A stretch of DNA of 64,000 bases from Pyrinomonadaceae bacterium (GTDB taxonomy: Bacteria; Acidobacteriota; Blastocatellia; Pyrinomonadales; Pyrinomonadaceae): contig DAOLDE010000007.1 in NCBI GenBank assembly GCA_035327545.1, positions 90,286 to 154,285 on the forward strand, in the 5' to 3' direction. Under the pieces are notes generated by a model that did no database searches, had not been told where the DNA came from, and worked only from the letters and a program-made list of their open reading frames with translations. The position numbers and the translations under genes are program-made. This document shows positions 29,194-39,695 of this stretch, piece by piece. Every line of letters begins with the position of its first letter. The first letter of the stretch is position 1.

Positions 29194-29664
29194 CTAACCT
29201 ATAAGATCCGGCCATTCTTCCGCCTGACCAAGAGTATCTTCGACTGTGTCGGATTCGGCCTTGCTTGAGGAGGCTGAGAGATCGACGACCTTTTGCTGAA
29301 CAAAGATAGGACAATCGAGACGCAAAGCCAAAGCTATCGCATCGGAAGGACGAGCATCGATGGCAACCAACTCGTCGTCTTCATTCATCAACTCGATCAA
29401 CGCATAAAAAGTGTTCTCGTGCAGGTCGGTTACGATGACCCTCGAAGGCCGCAGACCGCACTCGACGATCAAGTTGCGAAGCAGGTCGTGCGTCATCGGA
29501 CGCTGCGGCACGATCTTTTCTATTTCCAACGCGATCGCGTTGGCTTCGAACGCCCCAACCCAGATCGGCAAAACTATCTCGGAGTCGACACCTTTAAGCA
29601 CAACTATCGGAGAGTTCGTGTTCGGATCCATTATGAGTGCACCAATCTTTACTTCGATGAGCAT
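29194..29664 (-). CDS. bifunctional nuclease family protein (DUF151/BFN domain)
   Basis: PIVVLKGVDSEIVLPIWVGAFEANAIA...RPMTHDLL...IDARPSDAIALALR pattern. Confidence 0.8.
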   Translation of the reverse strand: MLIEVKIGALIMDPNTNSPIVVLKGVDSEIVLPIWVGAFEANAIALEIEKIVPQRPMTHDLLRNLIVECGLRPSRVIVTDLHENTFYALIELMNEDDELVAIDARPSDAIALALRLDCPIFVQQKVVDLSASSSKAESDTVEDTLGQAEEWPDLIG

Positions 29665-29685
29665 AATTCACTGTAACGTTCGAAC

Positions 29686-31014
29686 CTAATTACAAAGCTC
29701 TCCGAGCAATGAGTTTGGCTTCACTTCAGAGATCTTCACTTTTACTATACGGCCAAACAGGTCATCAGTCCCTTCGAAATTCACCACTTTATGGCAGGTC
29801 GAGTGTCCAGTTACCTGACACTCCGACCGTGTTGCCCGTTTTTCGACAAGCACATCCAAAGTTCGGCCCACGTAACGCCTCATTCGCTCACCCTGAACCG
29901 TTCGTTGAATCGCTTCAAGTTCGCGGAATCGGCGGGTCTTCTCGTGCGGAAGCACATTGTCGTCCATGGCGAATGCGGGCGTGCCCGGACGGGGTGAATA
30001 TTTGAAAATATAGGCCGCGTCGTAACCTGTAAAGTTGACGAGGTCTACCGTCTGGTCAAAGTCCTGGCAGGTTTCTCCCGGAAAGCCTACGATGATGTCC
30101 GTCGTAATCGAGATGTCTCTTGCCGACGACCGAATCTTTTCGATCTTTCTCCGATATGATTCGATAGTGTGGCCCCGCTTCATCATTCTAAGGACCCGGT
30201 CGCTACCTGACTGGACTGGGAGATGGATCCAGTTACAAAGGTTCTCATTCTCATTGATCGCGTCCACGATATCCGCCTTAAAATCTCGAGGGAAGGACGT
30301 GTTGAACTTGACACGTTCAACCCCGGTGGCCGCGACAGCCCGCAAAAGCCGGGAAAACGGGGTCGAACCTCGAACCCCCTCTAACCCGCTCTCAGTGGTT
30401 GGTCTATAGCTATTTACATTCTGGCCAATAAGGTGAACTTCCCTAATGCCAGACCGCCGCAGCGAAAGCACCGAGCGGATAATTTCTGACGCGGGCAGGC
30501 TAATCTCACGACCGCGTGAGAAAGGAACGATGCAATAAGTGCAAAACTTGTTGCAGCCCTCGATTATCGGAACAAAGGCGACGTAGGGCGAGTGACGCTG
30601 AGGTTCGGCGACATTCCAGTCGTAATTCTGCTCGCGTTCGCCTAGGTCAACGATGTTGTCCTCTCCGTTCAGTACGCGGTCAATAACACTCGAGATCCGT
30701 CCGACCGCCCGGGTGCCCACTATCGCATCAATTCCTGAAATCTTCTTAAAGAGTGTTTCACCTTCCAACTGGGCAACGCAGCCCATCACGCCTACCACCG
30801 GTTTAATTTGTCGAGCCTTCCGAATCTCTCCAACTCTGGTGTATAACTTTTGCTCAGCTTTTTCGCGAACCGAGCACGTGTTGATCAATATCACATCGGC
30901 GAGGTCTTCGCTCAGAGTGATCTCATATCCTTTTTGTGCAAGGCTCGAAGCGACACGTTCAGAATCTGATACGTTCATTTGACAGCCGAACGTTTCGAGA
31001 TAGACTTTTTTCAT
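29686..31014 (-). CDS. miaB: tRNA-2-methylthio-N6-dimethylallyladenosine synthase MiaB
   Basis: ETFGCQMNVSDSE (UPF0004 domain), radical-SAM CNKFCTYCIVP, and a C-terminal TRAM domain. Confidence 0.9.
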   Translation of the reverse strand: MKKVYLETFGCQMNVSDSERVASSLAQKGYEITLSEDLADVILINTCSVREKAEQKLYTRVGEIRKARQIKPVVGVMGCVAQLEGETLFKKISGIDAIVGTRAVGRISSVIDRVLNGEDNIVDLGEREQNYDWNVAEPQRHSPYVAFVPIIEGCNKFCTYCIVPFSRGREISLPASEIIRSVLSLRRSGIREVHLIGQNVNSYRPTTESGLEGVRGSTPFSRLLRAVAATGVERVKFNTSFPRDFKADIVDAINENENLCNWIHLPVQSGSDRVLRMMKRGHTIESYRRKIEKIRSSARDISITTDIIVGFPGETCQDFDQTVDLVNFTGYDAAYIFKYSPRPGTPAFAMDDNVLPHEKTRRFRELEAIQRTVQGERMRRYVGRTLDVLVEKRATRSECQVTGHSTCHKVVNFEGTDDLFGRIVKVKISEVKPNSLLGELCN

Positions 31015-31028
31015 AGAAAAACTTCGGA

Positions 31029-34000
31029 ATGGGAACGATTCAATTCAAAACACGCGACTTTGTTCACCTGCACCTGCACACGGATTATAGCCTTTTGCAG
31101 AGCACAATCCAACTAAGACCGCTTGTTCAAAAGTTGAATAAAATAGAATTGCAGGCGTGCGCCATCACCGACTCGGGAAACATGTACGGGGCGGTCTCAT
31201 TCTATAGCGAAATGGCCTCTGAGGGGATAAGGCCGATAATTGGATATGAGGCCTTTGTTGCTTCGACTTCCCTATCGGAATACGGAAATGCGGTACGAGC
31301 AGGCGAACGGCCATACTACGATCTAGTGCTCCTTGCGTTTGACCTTGAGGGGTACCAGAATCTCGTTCGATTGTCCTCCAAGGCCTTTACCGAGGGATTT
31401 CGATATAAGCCGTTGATCGACCTCGAGCTACTTTCGGCACACAGTTCAGGGCTTATCGGGCTTTCTGGCGGCAAAGAAGGGGCCATTTCCCATCATCTTC
31501 TAAACAATGATCCCGAAAAGGCGATCGAGACAGCACGGCAGCTTGAGACCATTTTCGGGAAAGGTAATTTTTTTCTCGAACTGATAGACCATGGTTTGCC
31601 CGAACAATCTGAGCTCATTTCATCCTTGTCCGAGCTTTCAATAAAGACGCAAATTCCGCTCGTCGCAACCAATGCGGCCCGCTACTTGACAGAACAGGAT
31701 GCCCGGGCCCACGAGGTGATGCTTTGTATCGGTGAAGGACGAACGGTACGAAACGGCGGCGAGCCGTCTAGTGGAACTACTAAGGCATACGTCCGTTCAG
31801 CCGAAGAAATGTGGGACATTTTCGGAAGCGAGTATCCGGAAGCCTTGATGAATACTCTAGAAATCGCCGAACGGTGCAAAGTAGAGCTATCGGTCAGCGC
31901 AAATGATCTAGTACTACCGAATTTCCCGATCCCGGAAGAGTCGGATGCAGACGACCTAGCAGCCTACTTCGAACTACAGGTCGCACAGGGTTTCGAGAAT
32001 AGAAAGCAAACAATGCTTTTGCCTCTTAAGCGGGATGGAAGACTCCGTTATGACCTCGACGTTTATCAGGAACGTCTAAATAGCGAAGTCAAAGTGATCA
32101 AGAGAATGGGCTACGAGGGATATTTCCTCATCGTTTGGGATTTCATCAAATACGCGGTTGAACGTGGAATACCGGTTGGTCCTGGCCGAGGATCCGCCGC
32201 CGGATCACTTGTCGCATATTGCCTTGGCATTACCGGCATCGATCCGATCCAGTATGATTTGCTTTTTGAACGCTTTCTCAACCCCGAACGTGTATCTATG
32301 CCGGATATCGATATTGATTTCTGCATTAGAGGCCGTGCCGAGGTAATTAATCACGTTACAGAGTTGTACGGTCGGGAATCCGTCTGCCAAATAATTACCT
32401 TTGGGACAATGGCCTCAAAGGCCGCCATCAAGGATGTTGGCCGCGCTTTGAATATGCCGTACGGTGAAGTGGAAAGGATCGCAAAATTGATACCTCCTCC
32501 CATCCGCGGCCGCAATGTCAGCATTTCAAGAGCTCTCGAAACGGTCGGAGAACTCAAGTCCCTGGTCGAAAAGGATCCCGCGGTAAAGGATCTCGTCGAT
32601 CTTGCCTTGCGGCTTGAAGGGTGTTCGAGACATTCTTCCGTCCATGCAGCAGGCGTCGTGATCGCACCGAAGCCACTTTACGAAATAGTCCCGGTCGCAA
32701 TTTCGGCTAGGGGAGAATTGACCAGCCAGTATTCGATGAACGACCTGGAGAAGGTCGGGATGCTGAAGATGGACTTTCTCGCCCTCACGACGTTAACCGT
32801 GATCGATGATTGTCTTAAGAGTCTTCGTGAACGCGACGGCGTCGAGATCGATTGGAACAGTGTGTCGCTTCAAGATGAGAAGACAATGGCCGTTTTCTCC
32901 GAAGGTAGAACTGACGCCGTGTTCCAATTCGAATCGTCGGGGATGCAGGAGATCTGCCGCCGGCTAAAGCCGAAGGAATTCGAAGACCTCTCGGCGTTGA
33001 ACGCTCTTTACCGTCCGGGCCCATTGGACGGAGGTATGATCGAAGACTTTATCCAGCGCCATCGGGGGGAAAAAAAGGTCAAATATCTTCTTCCGGAGAT
33101 GGAGGAGATCTTGAAAAATACTTTCGGCGTTCTCGTCTACCAAGAACAGATCATGCAGATAGCCCAGAAGCTTGCGGGCTATAGCCTTGGTGAAGCCGAT
33201 GTGATGCGGCGGGCTATGGGCAAGAAAAAGCGTGAGGCGATGGCAAAGGAGGAAAAGACATTTGTAGAACGAGCGGTGAAGAACGGTTTCGAACGCGAAA
33301 AGGCAAACGAAATATTCAAGTTAATGGCACAATTTGCTGACTACGGATTTAACCGAAGCCACAGCATCGCCTACGCCTATCTCGCCTTCCAAACTGCGTA
33401 TCTAAAAGCACATCATCCTGCCCATTTTTTCGCTTCCGTGCTCTCGCACGAAGCCGACGACAGTGCAAAGGTTTACAAATATTCTACAGAATTAAGGTCA
33501 ATGGGTCTTAAGTTGCTCCCGCCGGACATTAACGAGAGCGGCCATGGATTCACCCCAGTCGGCGATTCGGTAAGGTTTGGATTGAGCGCGATCAAAGGTA
33601 TAGGAACGTCCACCATCAATTCGATAGTCGAGGCAAGAACGGACGGGCGTTACACTTCGCTCTTTGACCTAGTCTCTAGAGTTGAAAGCGGCGCCATCAA
33701 CAAGCGGGGCCTGGAAAGCCTGATCGCGTCCGGGGCTTTTGATTCGCTGATCCCGTATGCGATGGAGGTGAATGAATGGAGAGCCCGCAATTTCGAATCC
33801 ATCGACGACGCGGTAGGTTATGGTCAACGTCGTTGGAGCGATAAACGCAGTGGACAAAACGACCTGTTCGGAAGCCTCAACCCCGACAAGAATACAGATT
33901 TCCCTTTGCGCGACACGACGCCGTGGACCCGGACTGAAATGACGCGAAATGAAAAAGCAGCGCTCGGATTTTATCTTTCTTCGCATCCGCTTGAGGAATT

Positions 34001-34556
34001 CCAGCGATTGCTCAGTGACCTGAACGTCCGTCCGGTGGCCGATTATGGCGCTATATCGTCGGGAGATAATCTGACCGTTGCTGGTATCGTTTCCTCCTCG
34101 CAGATAAGGTATAGTAAGAAAGGAAACCGATTTTGCACGTTTCGTCTTGAAGACCAATCTGCAGGTCTAAAGTGCCTTCTATGGGCAGAACCATTTGAAC
34201 GATGCGGTGGCTTGGTCCGGGAAGAAAGTCTACTTATAGCGGAGGGCCGAATTGAGGTCGCTGAAGGCAATGACCTAACGTTGATCGTTAAAGATCTAAG
34301 GCTGCTTGCGGAGGCCGAATCTGAGAATGCGAAGAACTTATTGATCGGGCTTCCAAGCCGTGCTATCACCGAAGATGTGCTATTCGATCTTCTATCTGCT
34401 CTCCGAGAAAGTCGGGGGAACTGCAGGGTGGAGCTTGAAGTGCCGATACCTGGCCTTTCGGTCGGAGTCGAGCTCCACGGGGTCAGAGTAAAGGGTTCCG
34501 GAAGAATGGAGGCTGCCCTCAAGGAAATGGGCTGCACAGTTAAATGGCATTTGTAA
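31029..34556 (+). CDS. dnaE: DNA polymerase III alpha subunit
   Basis: PHP domain [31 protein letters not shown]. 1175 aa. Confidence 0.95.
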   Translation: MGTIQFKTRDFVHLHLHTDYSLLQSTIQLRPLVQKLNKIELQACAITDSGNMYGAVSFYSEMASEGIRPIIGYEAFVASTSLSEYGNAVRAGERPYYDLVLLAFDLEGYQNLVRLSSKAFTEGFRYKPLIDLELLSAHSSGLIGLSGGKEGAISHHLLNNDPEKAIETARQLETIFGKGNFFLELIDHGLPEQSELISSLSELSIKTQIPLVATNAARYLTEQDARAHEVMLCIGEGRTVRNGGEPSSGTTKAYVRSAEEMWDIFGSEYPEALMNTLEIAERCKVELSVSANDLVLPNFPIPEESDADDLAAYFELQVAQGFENRKQTMLLPLKRDGRLRYDLDVYQERLNSEVKVIKRMGYEGYFLIVWDFIKYAVERGIPVGPGRGSAAGSLVAYCLGITGIDPIQYDLLFERFLNPERVSMPDIDIDFCIRGRAEVINHVTELYGRESVCQIITFGTMASKAAIKDVGRALNMPYGEVERIAKLIPPPIRGRNVSISRALETVGELKSLVEKDPAVKDLVDLALRLEGCSRHSSVHAAGVVIAPKPLYEIVPVAISARGELTSQYSMNDLEKVGMLKMDFLALTTLTVIDDCLKSLRERDGVEIDWNSVSLQDEKTMAVFSEGRTDAVFQFESSGMQEICRRLKPKEFEDLSALNALYRPGPLDGGMIEDFIQRHRGEKKVKYLLPEMEEILKNTFGVLVYQEQIMQIAQKLAGYSLGEADVMRRAMGKKKREAMAKEEKTFVERAVKNGFEREKANEIFKLMAQFADYGFNRSHSIAYAYLAFQTAYLKAHHPAHFFASVLSHEADDSAKVYKYSTELRSMGLKLLPPDINESGHGFTPVGDSVRFGLSAIKGIGTSTINSIVEARTDGRYTSLFDLVSRVESGAINKRGLESLIASGAFDSLIPYAMEVNEWRARNFESIDDAVGYGQRRWSDKRSGQNDLFGSLNPDKNTDFPLRDTTPWTRTEMTRNEKAALGFYLSSHPLEEFQRLLSDLNVRPVADYGAISSGDNLTVAGIVSSSQIRYSKKGNRFCTFRLEDQSAGLKCLLWAEPFERCGGLVREESLLIAEGRIEVAEGNDLTLIVKDLRLLAEAESENAKNLLIGLPSRAITEDVLFDLLSALRESRGNCRVELEVPIPGLSVGVELHGVRVKGSGRMEAALKEMGCTVKWHL

Positions 34557-35401
34557 AACCGCAGATCGAGTCGGAATCAACGCCGCTGATGACCGCTTTC
34601 GACCGGGTTCGGATGGCACGAGACCCGGAAAGGCCTTATTCGCTAGACATTGTCAATAGCATTTTTACGGATTTTGTCGAAGTCCACGGAGATCGCCGTT
34701 ATGCGGACGATCCGGCCTTGGTCTGCGGATTTGCGAGACTAGACGCCCTGGAGGTCGCCGTTATCGGCCAGCAAAAAGGTAGGGATACAAACCAGCGCCG
34801 ATTTCGAAATTTTGCAATGCCAAAACCGGAGGGCTACCGAAAAGCACTTCGTTTGATGGGGCTAGCTGAAAAATTCGGCCGGCCCATTATCACATTCGTT
34901 GATACTCCGGGTGCCTATCCAGGCATAGATGCCGAAGAGCGCGGCCAAGCGGAAGCGATCGCAGTGAATCTTCGGGAAATGGCTGGTTTTAAGGTGCCCA
35001 TCATTGCGGTCATAGTTGGCGAGGGCGGTTCAGGCGGTGCTCTTGCGATAGGGATCGCGGACCGCGTTATTATGCTAGAGAACGCAATTTATTCGGTCAT
35101 CTCACCAGAAGGCTGCGCAGCGATACTATGGAAAGACGCGTCTAAAGCAGACCTCGCCGCCAATGCCCTTAAGCTAACTGCCAAGGATCTCAAAGGTTTC
35201 CAGATAATAGATGAAGTAATACCTGAACCTGCAGTTTGGGAGATCGCGGATAATGAAGATAAGAAGCCGAATTTCAACTCGATCGCCGAATCGCTGAAAC
35301 AAAGCTTGATCAGAAGCTTACAGGAGCTGGCAAAGGTGGAGCCTTCAAGATTAACAACCGATCGATTTCGCAAGTTTCGTATGATGGGGAGATGGGCATA
35401 G
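34544..35401 (+). CDS. accA: acetyl-CoA carboxylase carboxyltransferase alpha subunit (N-terminally short)
   Basis: RPYSLDIV...[19 protein letters not shown]...[16 protein letters not shown]...[10 protein letters not shown]...[10 protein letters not shown]. It lacks the ~55-aa N-terminal helical segment of E. coli AccA and overlaps the dnaE stop by 13 nt. Confidence 0.85.
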   Translation: MAFVKPQIESESTPLMTAFDRVRMARDPERPYSLDIVNSIFTDFVEVHGDRRYADDPALVCGFARLDALEVAVIGQQKGRDTNQRRFRNFAMPKPEGYRKALRLMGLAEKFGRPIITFVDTPGAYPGIDAEERGQAEAIAVNLREMAGFKVPIIAVIVGEGGSGGALAIGIADRVIMLENAIYSVISPEGCAAILWKDASKADLAANALKLTAKDLKGFQIIDEVIPEPAVWEIADNEDKKPNFNSIAESLKQSLIRSLQELAKVEPSRLTTDRFRKFRMMGRWA

Positions 35402-35418
35402 GCCTTGTGTTTCTCGCA

Positions 35419-35895
35419 TTAAAACGGAATATCATCGTCGGTTGTTGCAGGTCTTGTAAAACCTCCGCTGCCACCAGCACTGTTTGCGGCGGCGTTTGAA
35501 CCGGCCGGACCGGCAAACTCGGCAGCCCTTGGCTCATCTCGCTGATAGTCGTCGTTTCGACCGCCGCCTCCACTGTCAATAAATTGCATTTCACTTGCCT
35601 GAACTTCCAACGTGTACCGATTATTTCCATCCCGATCAGTCCAATCTTCAACCCGGAGTCGTCCCTCAATGTAGACCTGCCGGCCCTTTGAAAGATACTT
35701 CGCGGCATTCTCGGCTTGCTGGCGCCAAAGCGTCACCTTAAACCACGTAGTCACATTCTGAAGTTCACCGGCCTGGTCCCGTTTCTTGTCATTTGTGGCT
35801 AAAGAAAAATCACATACCGCAACTCCTTGAGGCGTGTAACGGAGTTCAGGGTCCTTACCCAAATGCCCGATAAGCGTTATCTTGTTGAACGACAT
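35419..35895 (-). CDS. ssb: single-stranded DNA-binding protein
   Basis: MSFNKITLIGHLGKDPELRYTPQG, a Gly-rich linker, and an acidic tail DDDIPF. Confidence 0.9.
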   Translation of the reverse strand: MSFNKITLIGHLGKDPELRYTPQGVAVCDFSLATNDKKRDQAGELQNVTTWFKVTLWRQQAENAAKYLSKGRQVYIEGRLRVEDWTDRDGNNRYTLEVQASEMQFIDSGGGGRNDDYQRDEPRAAEFAGPAGSNAAANSAGGSGGFTRPATTDDDIPF

Positions 35896-36064
35896 AAACT
35901 TTGCGTCCTCCTAACGAAAATTAAAATGTTGGCGAACTTTCACTGATAGTACGTTCATCAATCTATGGTGGTCAAGTCAGGCATGGTAGAATTTGGAAAG
36001 AACCTCCTCGCGTTACTTTCGATGGCCCATTTCCTACGAAGATCTTGAAAACTTGAATAAATCG

Positions 36065-37195
36065 ATGTATTTCAGGCTGTCAACTCTACTTGCGATCGGT
36101 ACCCTTTTGATTCTGTGCCTCATAGTGACGAACCGCGCGCAGCAGAATGGCAGACCGAGTCCGGCACTGGTCAAATGTGTGGCCAGAACGCTCGTTGCGA
36201 CGACCCCGCAAGTGGTGGCGACCGACGGGCCACGTATCCTGATCGGTTCATCAGACGGAGCGCTGACTTCCTATGACCAGTGGGAACTCGAAACCGTTTG
36301 GCGAACTGAGCTTGGAGGCGAGTTTGTCTCGGAACCTGTGAGTTCCTCCGGGAACACCGTTGTTGTAATGAATTCTGCCGGCAATGGAGGACTTGAGGAG
36401 AAGACCACGACGATCAGGCTGCTCGGCGGCGAATCTGGCATAGTCCAATGGTCGACGCGACTGCCCTACGCCGATCAATATTGGCTCGCGGTGATCAACG
36501 GCTTAGTGATTGCTTTGAGTTCCGATGGTAGCCTTGTAAAGCTTGATATGAGATCGGGCAAGATGCTCGGGCAGGTAAATGGTCTTGGGAAGATCAGCGT
36601 CGCACCGGCAATTTCGGAGAATTCGGCCGCGATCAGCTCTGCTTCAAAAGAGGTCATCCTGGTCTCGCTAAGTTCTTTCGAGGCGGAGCAGCGAGCGACC
36701 TTTGATCACCAGCCTACATTCTTGAGTTTTGCAGGAAAAGAGGGCCTCCTCGTAGGAGACGAACGGGGCCACCTTTTTCGCCTCGGCGATCCCATCTCAA
36801 GGACTCTATGGCGATTTAAGAGCGGCGGTGCGGTCTCGTTTGCTTCATATTCGGACGAAGGAATATTTATGACTTCGTTCGATAACTTTGTTTACCTTCT
36901 TTCGGACTACAACGGCAGCGTCGTGTGGAAGCGACGCCTGACTGGTCGCGTTTTCGAAGGGGCTACGTTCATCGACGACGCCCTCGTGGCACTCGTGCCC
37001 GGCGAAGGTTCCGTGTTCGTGCTGCAGCAGAAGAATGGGAAGTTGCTTGATTCCATCCCATCATCCGATCGAGGGTTGATAAGTCTGGCACCCATCGATC
37101 TCGGAAACGGTAAGTTTGCGCTGGCCTTCACCCAAAGTCTTGAGATCTACGGATTAGGAAGCTGCGAACAAAAATTTGAAAAGGCGACACCGTGA
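36065..37195 (+). CDS. PQQ-like beta-propeller repeat protein (BamB-like fold), secreted or membrane-anchored
   Basis: N-terminal hydrophobic anchor MYFRLSTLLAIGTLLILCLIV. Repeated DG.L...D...G...W motifs. ATG 36065 is preferred to TTG 35993. Confidence 0.55.
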   Translation: MYFRLSTLLAIGTLLILCLIVTNRAQQNGRPSPALVKCVARTLVATTPQVVATDGPRILIGSSDGALTSYDQWELETVWRTELGGEFVSEPVSSSGNTVVVMNSAGNGGLEEKTTTIRLLGGESGIVQWSTRLPYADQYWLAVINGLVIALSSDGSLVKLDMRSGKMLGQVNGLGKISVAPAISENSAAISSASKEVILVSLSSFEAEQRATFDHQPTFLSFAGKEGLLVGDERGHLFRLGDPISRTLWRFKSGGAVSFASYSDEGIFMTSFDNFVYLLSDYNGSVVWKRRLTGRVFEGATFIDDALVALVPGEGSVFVLQQKNGKLLDSIPSSDRGLISLAPIDLGNGKFALAFTQSLEIYGLGSCEQKFEKATP

Positions 37196-37208
37196 GGATG
37201 CCGCCTTT
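37169..37208 (-). terminator. putative terminator for the DUF465 gene, overlapping the 3' end of the convergent CDS
   Basis: Minus strand AAAGGCG-15 nt-CGCCTTT followed by TCAAATTTTTG. Confidence 0.35.
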
Positions 37209-37237
37209 CGCCAAAGTACATCAACGTGTCAGAAATG

Positions 37238-37492
37238 TTAATGCGAGACCTGAAACTCGTTCATAATTGCGTAGATCTCGTCTTTAACTAACAACTTTTT
37301 CTTTTTTAGTGTGGATTCCTCGATCTGTTCATCGTCGCTGGGATAGGAAAGGTGGGCAAGTTCGTTCAGCCTCTCTTCGTAGCTTGTATGCTGATGAACC
37401 AGATCGCGAAATGTCGAATTCGTCTTCAAAAGTTCATCACGTACCCTATCGGGTGTCGACAAGTCCATAACGGCATTTTCCTCACTTATCAA
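37238..37492 (-). CDS. DUF465 (YdcH-like) small protein
   Basis: LKTNSTFRDLVHQHTSYEERLNEL...LKKKKLLVKDEIYAIM is typical of DUF465. Confidence 0.6.
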   Translation of the reverse strand: MISEENAVMDLSTPDRVRDELLKTNSTFRDLVHQHTSYEERLNELAHLSYPSDDEQIEESTLKKKKLLVKDEIYAIMNEFQVSH

Positions 37493-37594
37493 TCAGTTTA
37501 GGGCCCTGTACCTCAGCCTGCGTGAATGAGATCTGGGCTCAAGCCTTATCTTAGTCGAAATTAGTAGCCTTTTTCAAGCATTCTTTACACAAAT

Positions 37595-38092
37595 TTAACC
37601 GTCATCGAAGGTGCTCGTCAATGCCATTACGATCGCGTCATCACGCGGTTCGGTGTAATAGCCGCGGCGACGTGCTGTCTCACAGAATCCCAGTTTTTCG
37701 TAGAACTGAATTGCCGCGCGATTCCCTGCCCTGACCTCGATCCAAATTGAAGAGAGAGAGCCAAGCCGCGATATACGATCCCCGAAAGCGTGAATAAGCT
37801 CCGTCGCGATGCCTTTTCGCTGATATTCCGGTTCAACGCCGATATTGTGTATTTCCGCTTCGGCTCGGTCATTGCCGTCATACATTGGGAGCGACCGGCC
37901 AGAAAGAAATCCAACGATCCTATTGTTCACCAGTGAAACCAACATCATTTGAAACTCACTCGCGAGATCAGACAAATAGTCGGATTTGGTTCTAGTGCTG
38001 AGGCCGAGAGGTTCTGCGATCTCCATTATCCGATCGATGTCGGCCGCTTCGGCATTTCTTATCGAAACTCGGTCACTTGACCACATTTTCAC
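37595..38092 (-). CDS. rimI: GNAT acetyltransferase, ribosomal-protein-alanine N-acetyltransferase-like
   Basis: GNAT motif A VEPEYQRKGIATELI. Overlaps and follows tsaB, the classic tsaB-rimI arrangement. Confidence 0.7.
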   Translation of the reverse strand: MKMWSSDRVSIRNAEAADIDRIMEIAEPLGLSTRTKSDYLSDLASEFQMMLVSLVNNRIVGFLSGRSLPMYDGNDRAEAEIHNIGVEPEYQRKGIATELIHAFGDRISRLGSLSSIWIEVRAGNRAAIQFYEKLGFCETARRRGYYTEPRDDAIVMALTSTFDDG

Positions 38093-38747
38093 CTGATGTC
38101 GTCGCGAACGTCATTGTTCGAGCATAGATCGGCTCGAGTCCGTCGTCGAAACTGAGTGATGCCTCGCCAATATAAATGGCCATATTGCGCCCTACGTCGA
38201 AAATGGCCGGGTCGTCTGAAAACTCATCACCTGCTGAAAGTAACGGCAGAACCAATGAATGGGCGAAAATGGGAGTCTCGCGTTTCGATCGCATCGATTC
38301 TACGAAATCGTCGCGATCGCCTGTGCCTAAAATTCCCTGATTTAGGGCATCACCGCTTGCGGGAAAGTACGTCCAGCAAAGTCCGTTCCGACCGATCGGG
38401 ATCGCGCAGATAGCTGCGAGACCGTTGCCGAACCGTGAATAAATTGCTTTCATCAGATCAATGCCGATACACGGAATTCCTCGGCCGCGCGAAAGGCCTA
38501 AAGCGGTTGCAAGGCCGACCCTGACTCCCGTATAACTCCCGGGACCCCGTGAGACAGCGACCCGACCGACCGCGTAAATATCCCACCCTCCGCTGTTCAG
38601 GAGATCCGCGATCGCAGGAAGCAATTTCTCTGAAGCCGCCAGACCGGGCTGACCGTACCAGGTCGCGAGCACGGACGATCCATCCATTAACGAAAGGCTC
38701 CCGTTCTCTATTCCCGATTCGATCGCCAAAGTGAGGGTTCCATTCAT
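38073..38747 (-). CDS. tsaB: tRNA threonylcarbamoyladenosine biosynthesis protein TsaB
   Basis: LAIESGIENGSLSL...VSRGPGSYTGVRVGLATALGL. Confidence 0.85.
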   Translation of the reverse strand: MNGTLTLAIESGIENGSLSLMDGSSVLATWYGQPGLAASEKLLPAIADLLNSGGWDIYAVGRVAVSRGPGSYTGVRVGLATALGLSRGRGIPCIGIDLMKAIYSRFGNGLAAICAIPIGRNGLCWTYFPASGDALNQGILGTGDRDDFVESMRSKRETPIFAHSLVLPLLSAGDEFSDDPAIFDVGRNMAIYIGEASLSFDDGLEPIYARTMTFATTSGENVVK

Positions 38748-39634
38748 CTTTTTCGCGGGTTTAGCATATGAACAATTCCCCTGAGCGAAGGAAAGATCCT
38801 ATCGCTAAAGCTTCCAAACTGATAGGGCAATCTTGAACCCTCCCAGATATCGCCTTCCCTGTTGATCGTCGATTGAATTGGATTAGGAGGGATTCGTCGG
38901 CGAATCTGGTTCAAAAGTTCCTTCGGTTCCGTGAGACAAAGATGAAGCGAACGATAGGGACTCTTCCGGTTCCATTCACGTTCGACCGTCTTCGTCAGCC
39001 ATAAAGGAAGGTTTTTGGCACGATCCTCGAAGGGTAGCTCCTCGATCGAAAGGCCAAGATACTTGTGTGCGATTCCGATCGCTGCCTCGATCCAGCCTTG
39101 TCTCCTTTCTGACACGACCCTCAGGCATCTGTCCCAATCAAAATCTGGACCCCGATTAGCCACGGCATAATAAATGTCCCAAAGCCGATGTCTGCGGATC
39201 CCGCCATCACTAAGCCAGTGAACCGATAGAATTCGGAGATTGTCTTCCTCAGAAAGTATCCTGATCGGAGATCCGTTTAGATCGACTACTTGTGAATCAG
39301 CAAAAAGCTCAGCCCACGATCTTGTATCTAGATGTCTGAGTTCTCGATGAAGATCGATACCAAATTTATCCGCTTCCTGAGATGATAAAACCGCTTTTGC
39401 TCCCGCGTATTCGCGCTCGGCAACTGCGAGATCAACGTCGTCGTAAAATCGAGGAGCGGCCGGTGGATATTTTCTTGCTGCCGCCCAGCCCTTGATCAGG
39501 ATAGGTTCGATCCCGGCGGAGCGAAGCATCCGGGTCGCTTCGGTAGCTTCAAACTCCAGCCGGCGATTGTAGATCTGTCTCCATCGCGTATCCGTAACGG
39601 GTTCAATATCGTGGTCGTCACTCACTGGCGTCAA
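38744..39634 (-). CDS. uncharacterised nucleotidyltransferase family protein (PF14907-like)
   Basis: ILIKGWAAARKYPPAAPRFYDDVDLAV motif. TTG start. The stop overlaps the tsaB start (ATGA). Confidence 0.65.
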   Translation of the reverse strand: MTPVSDDHDIEPVTDTRWRQIYNRRLEFEATEATRMLRSAGIEPILIKGWAAARKYPPAAPRFYDDVDLAVAEREYAGAKAVLSSQEADKFGIDLHRELRHLDTRSWAELFADSQVVDLNGSPIRILSEEDNLRILSVHWLSDGGIRRHRLWDIYYAVANRGPDFDWDRCLRVVSERRQGWIEAAIGIAHKYLGLSIEELPFEDRAKNLPLWLTKTVEREWNRKSPYRSLHLCLTEPKELLNQIRRRIPPNPIQSTINREGDIWEGSRLPYQFGSFSDRIFPSLRGIVHMLNPRKR

Positions 39635-39669
39635 AGGAAAAGAGCAGCAAACATAAATGCCTGCTGCTC
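39632..39669 (-). terminator. hairpin + U-tract between the PqqD-fusion gene and the nucleotidyltransferase (attenuator/partial terminator)
   Basis: Minus strand GAGCAGCA-12 nt-TGCTGCTC followed by TTTTCCTTTG. The U-tract runs into the TTG start at 39634. Confidence 0.5.
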
Positions 39670-39695
39670 AATATTGGATCGAGAACAACTGGGAC

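Noticed and set aside
27480-29200. parS site near parAB
   Set aside because: No match to TGTTNCACGTGAAACA was seen in or around parAB. Only a half-site-like GTGAAACA occurs at ~17347 inside a CDS.
31015-31028. Only 14 bp separate divergent miaB and dnaE starts
   Set aside because: This was noted as odd because both promoters must lie inside the opposite coding regions. Both starts fit the protein N-termini, and such tight divergent pairs occur in compact genomes, so there is no specific hypothesis to test.
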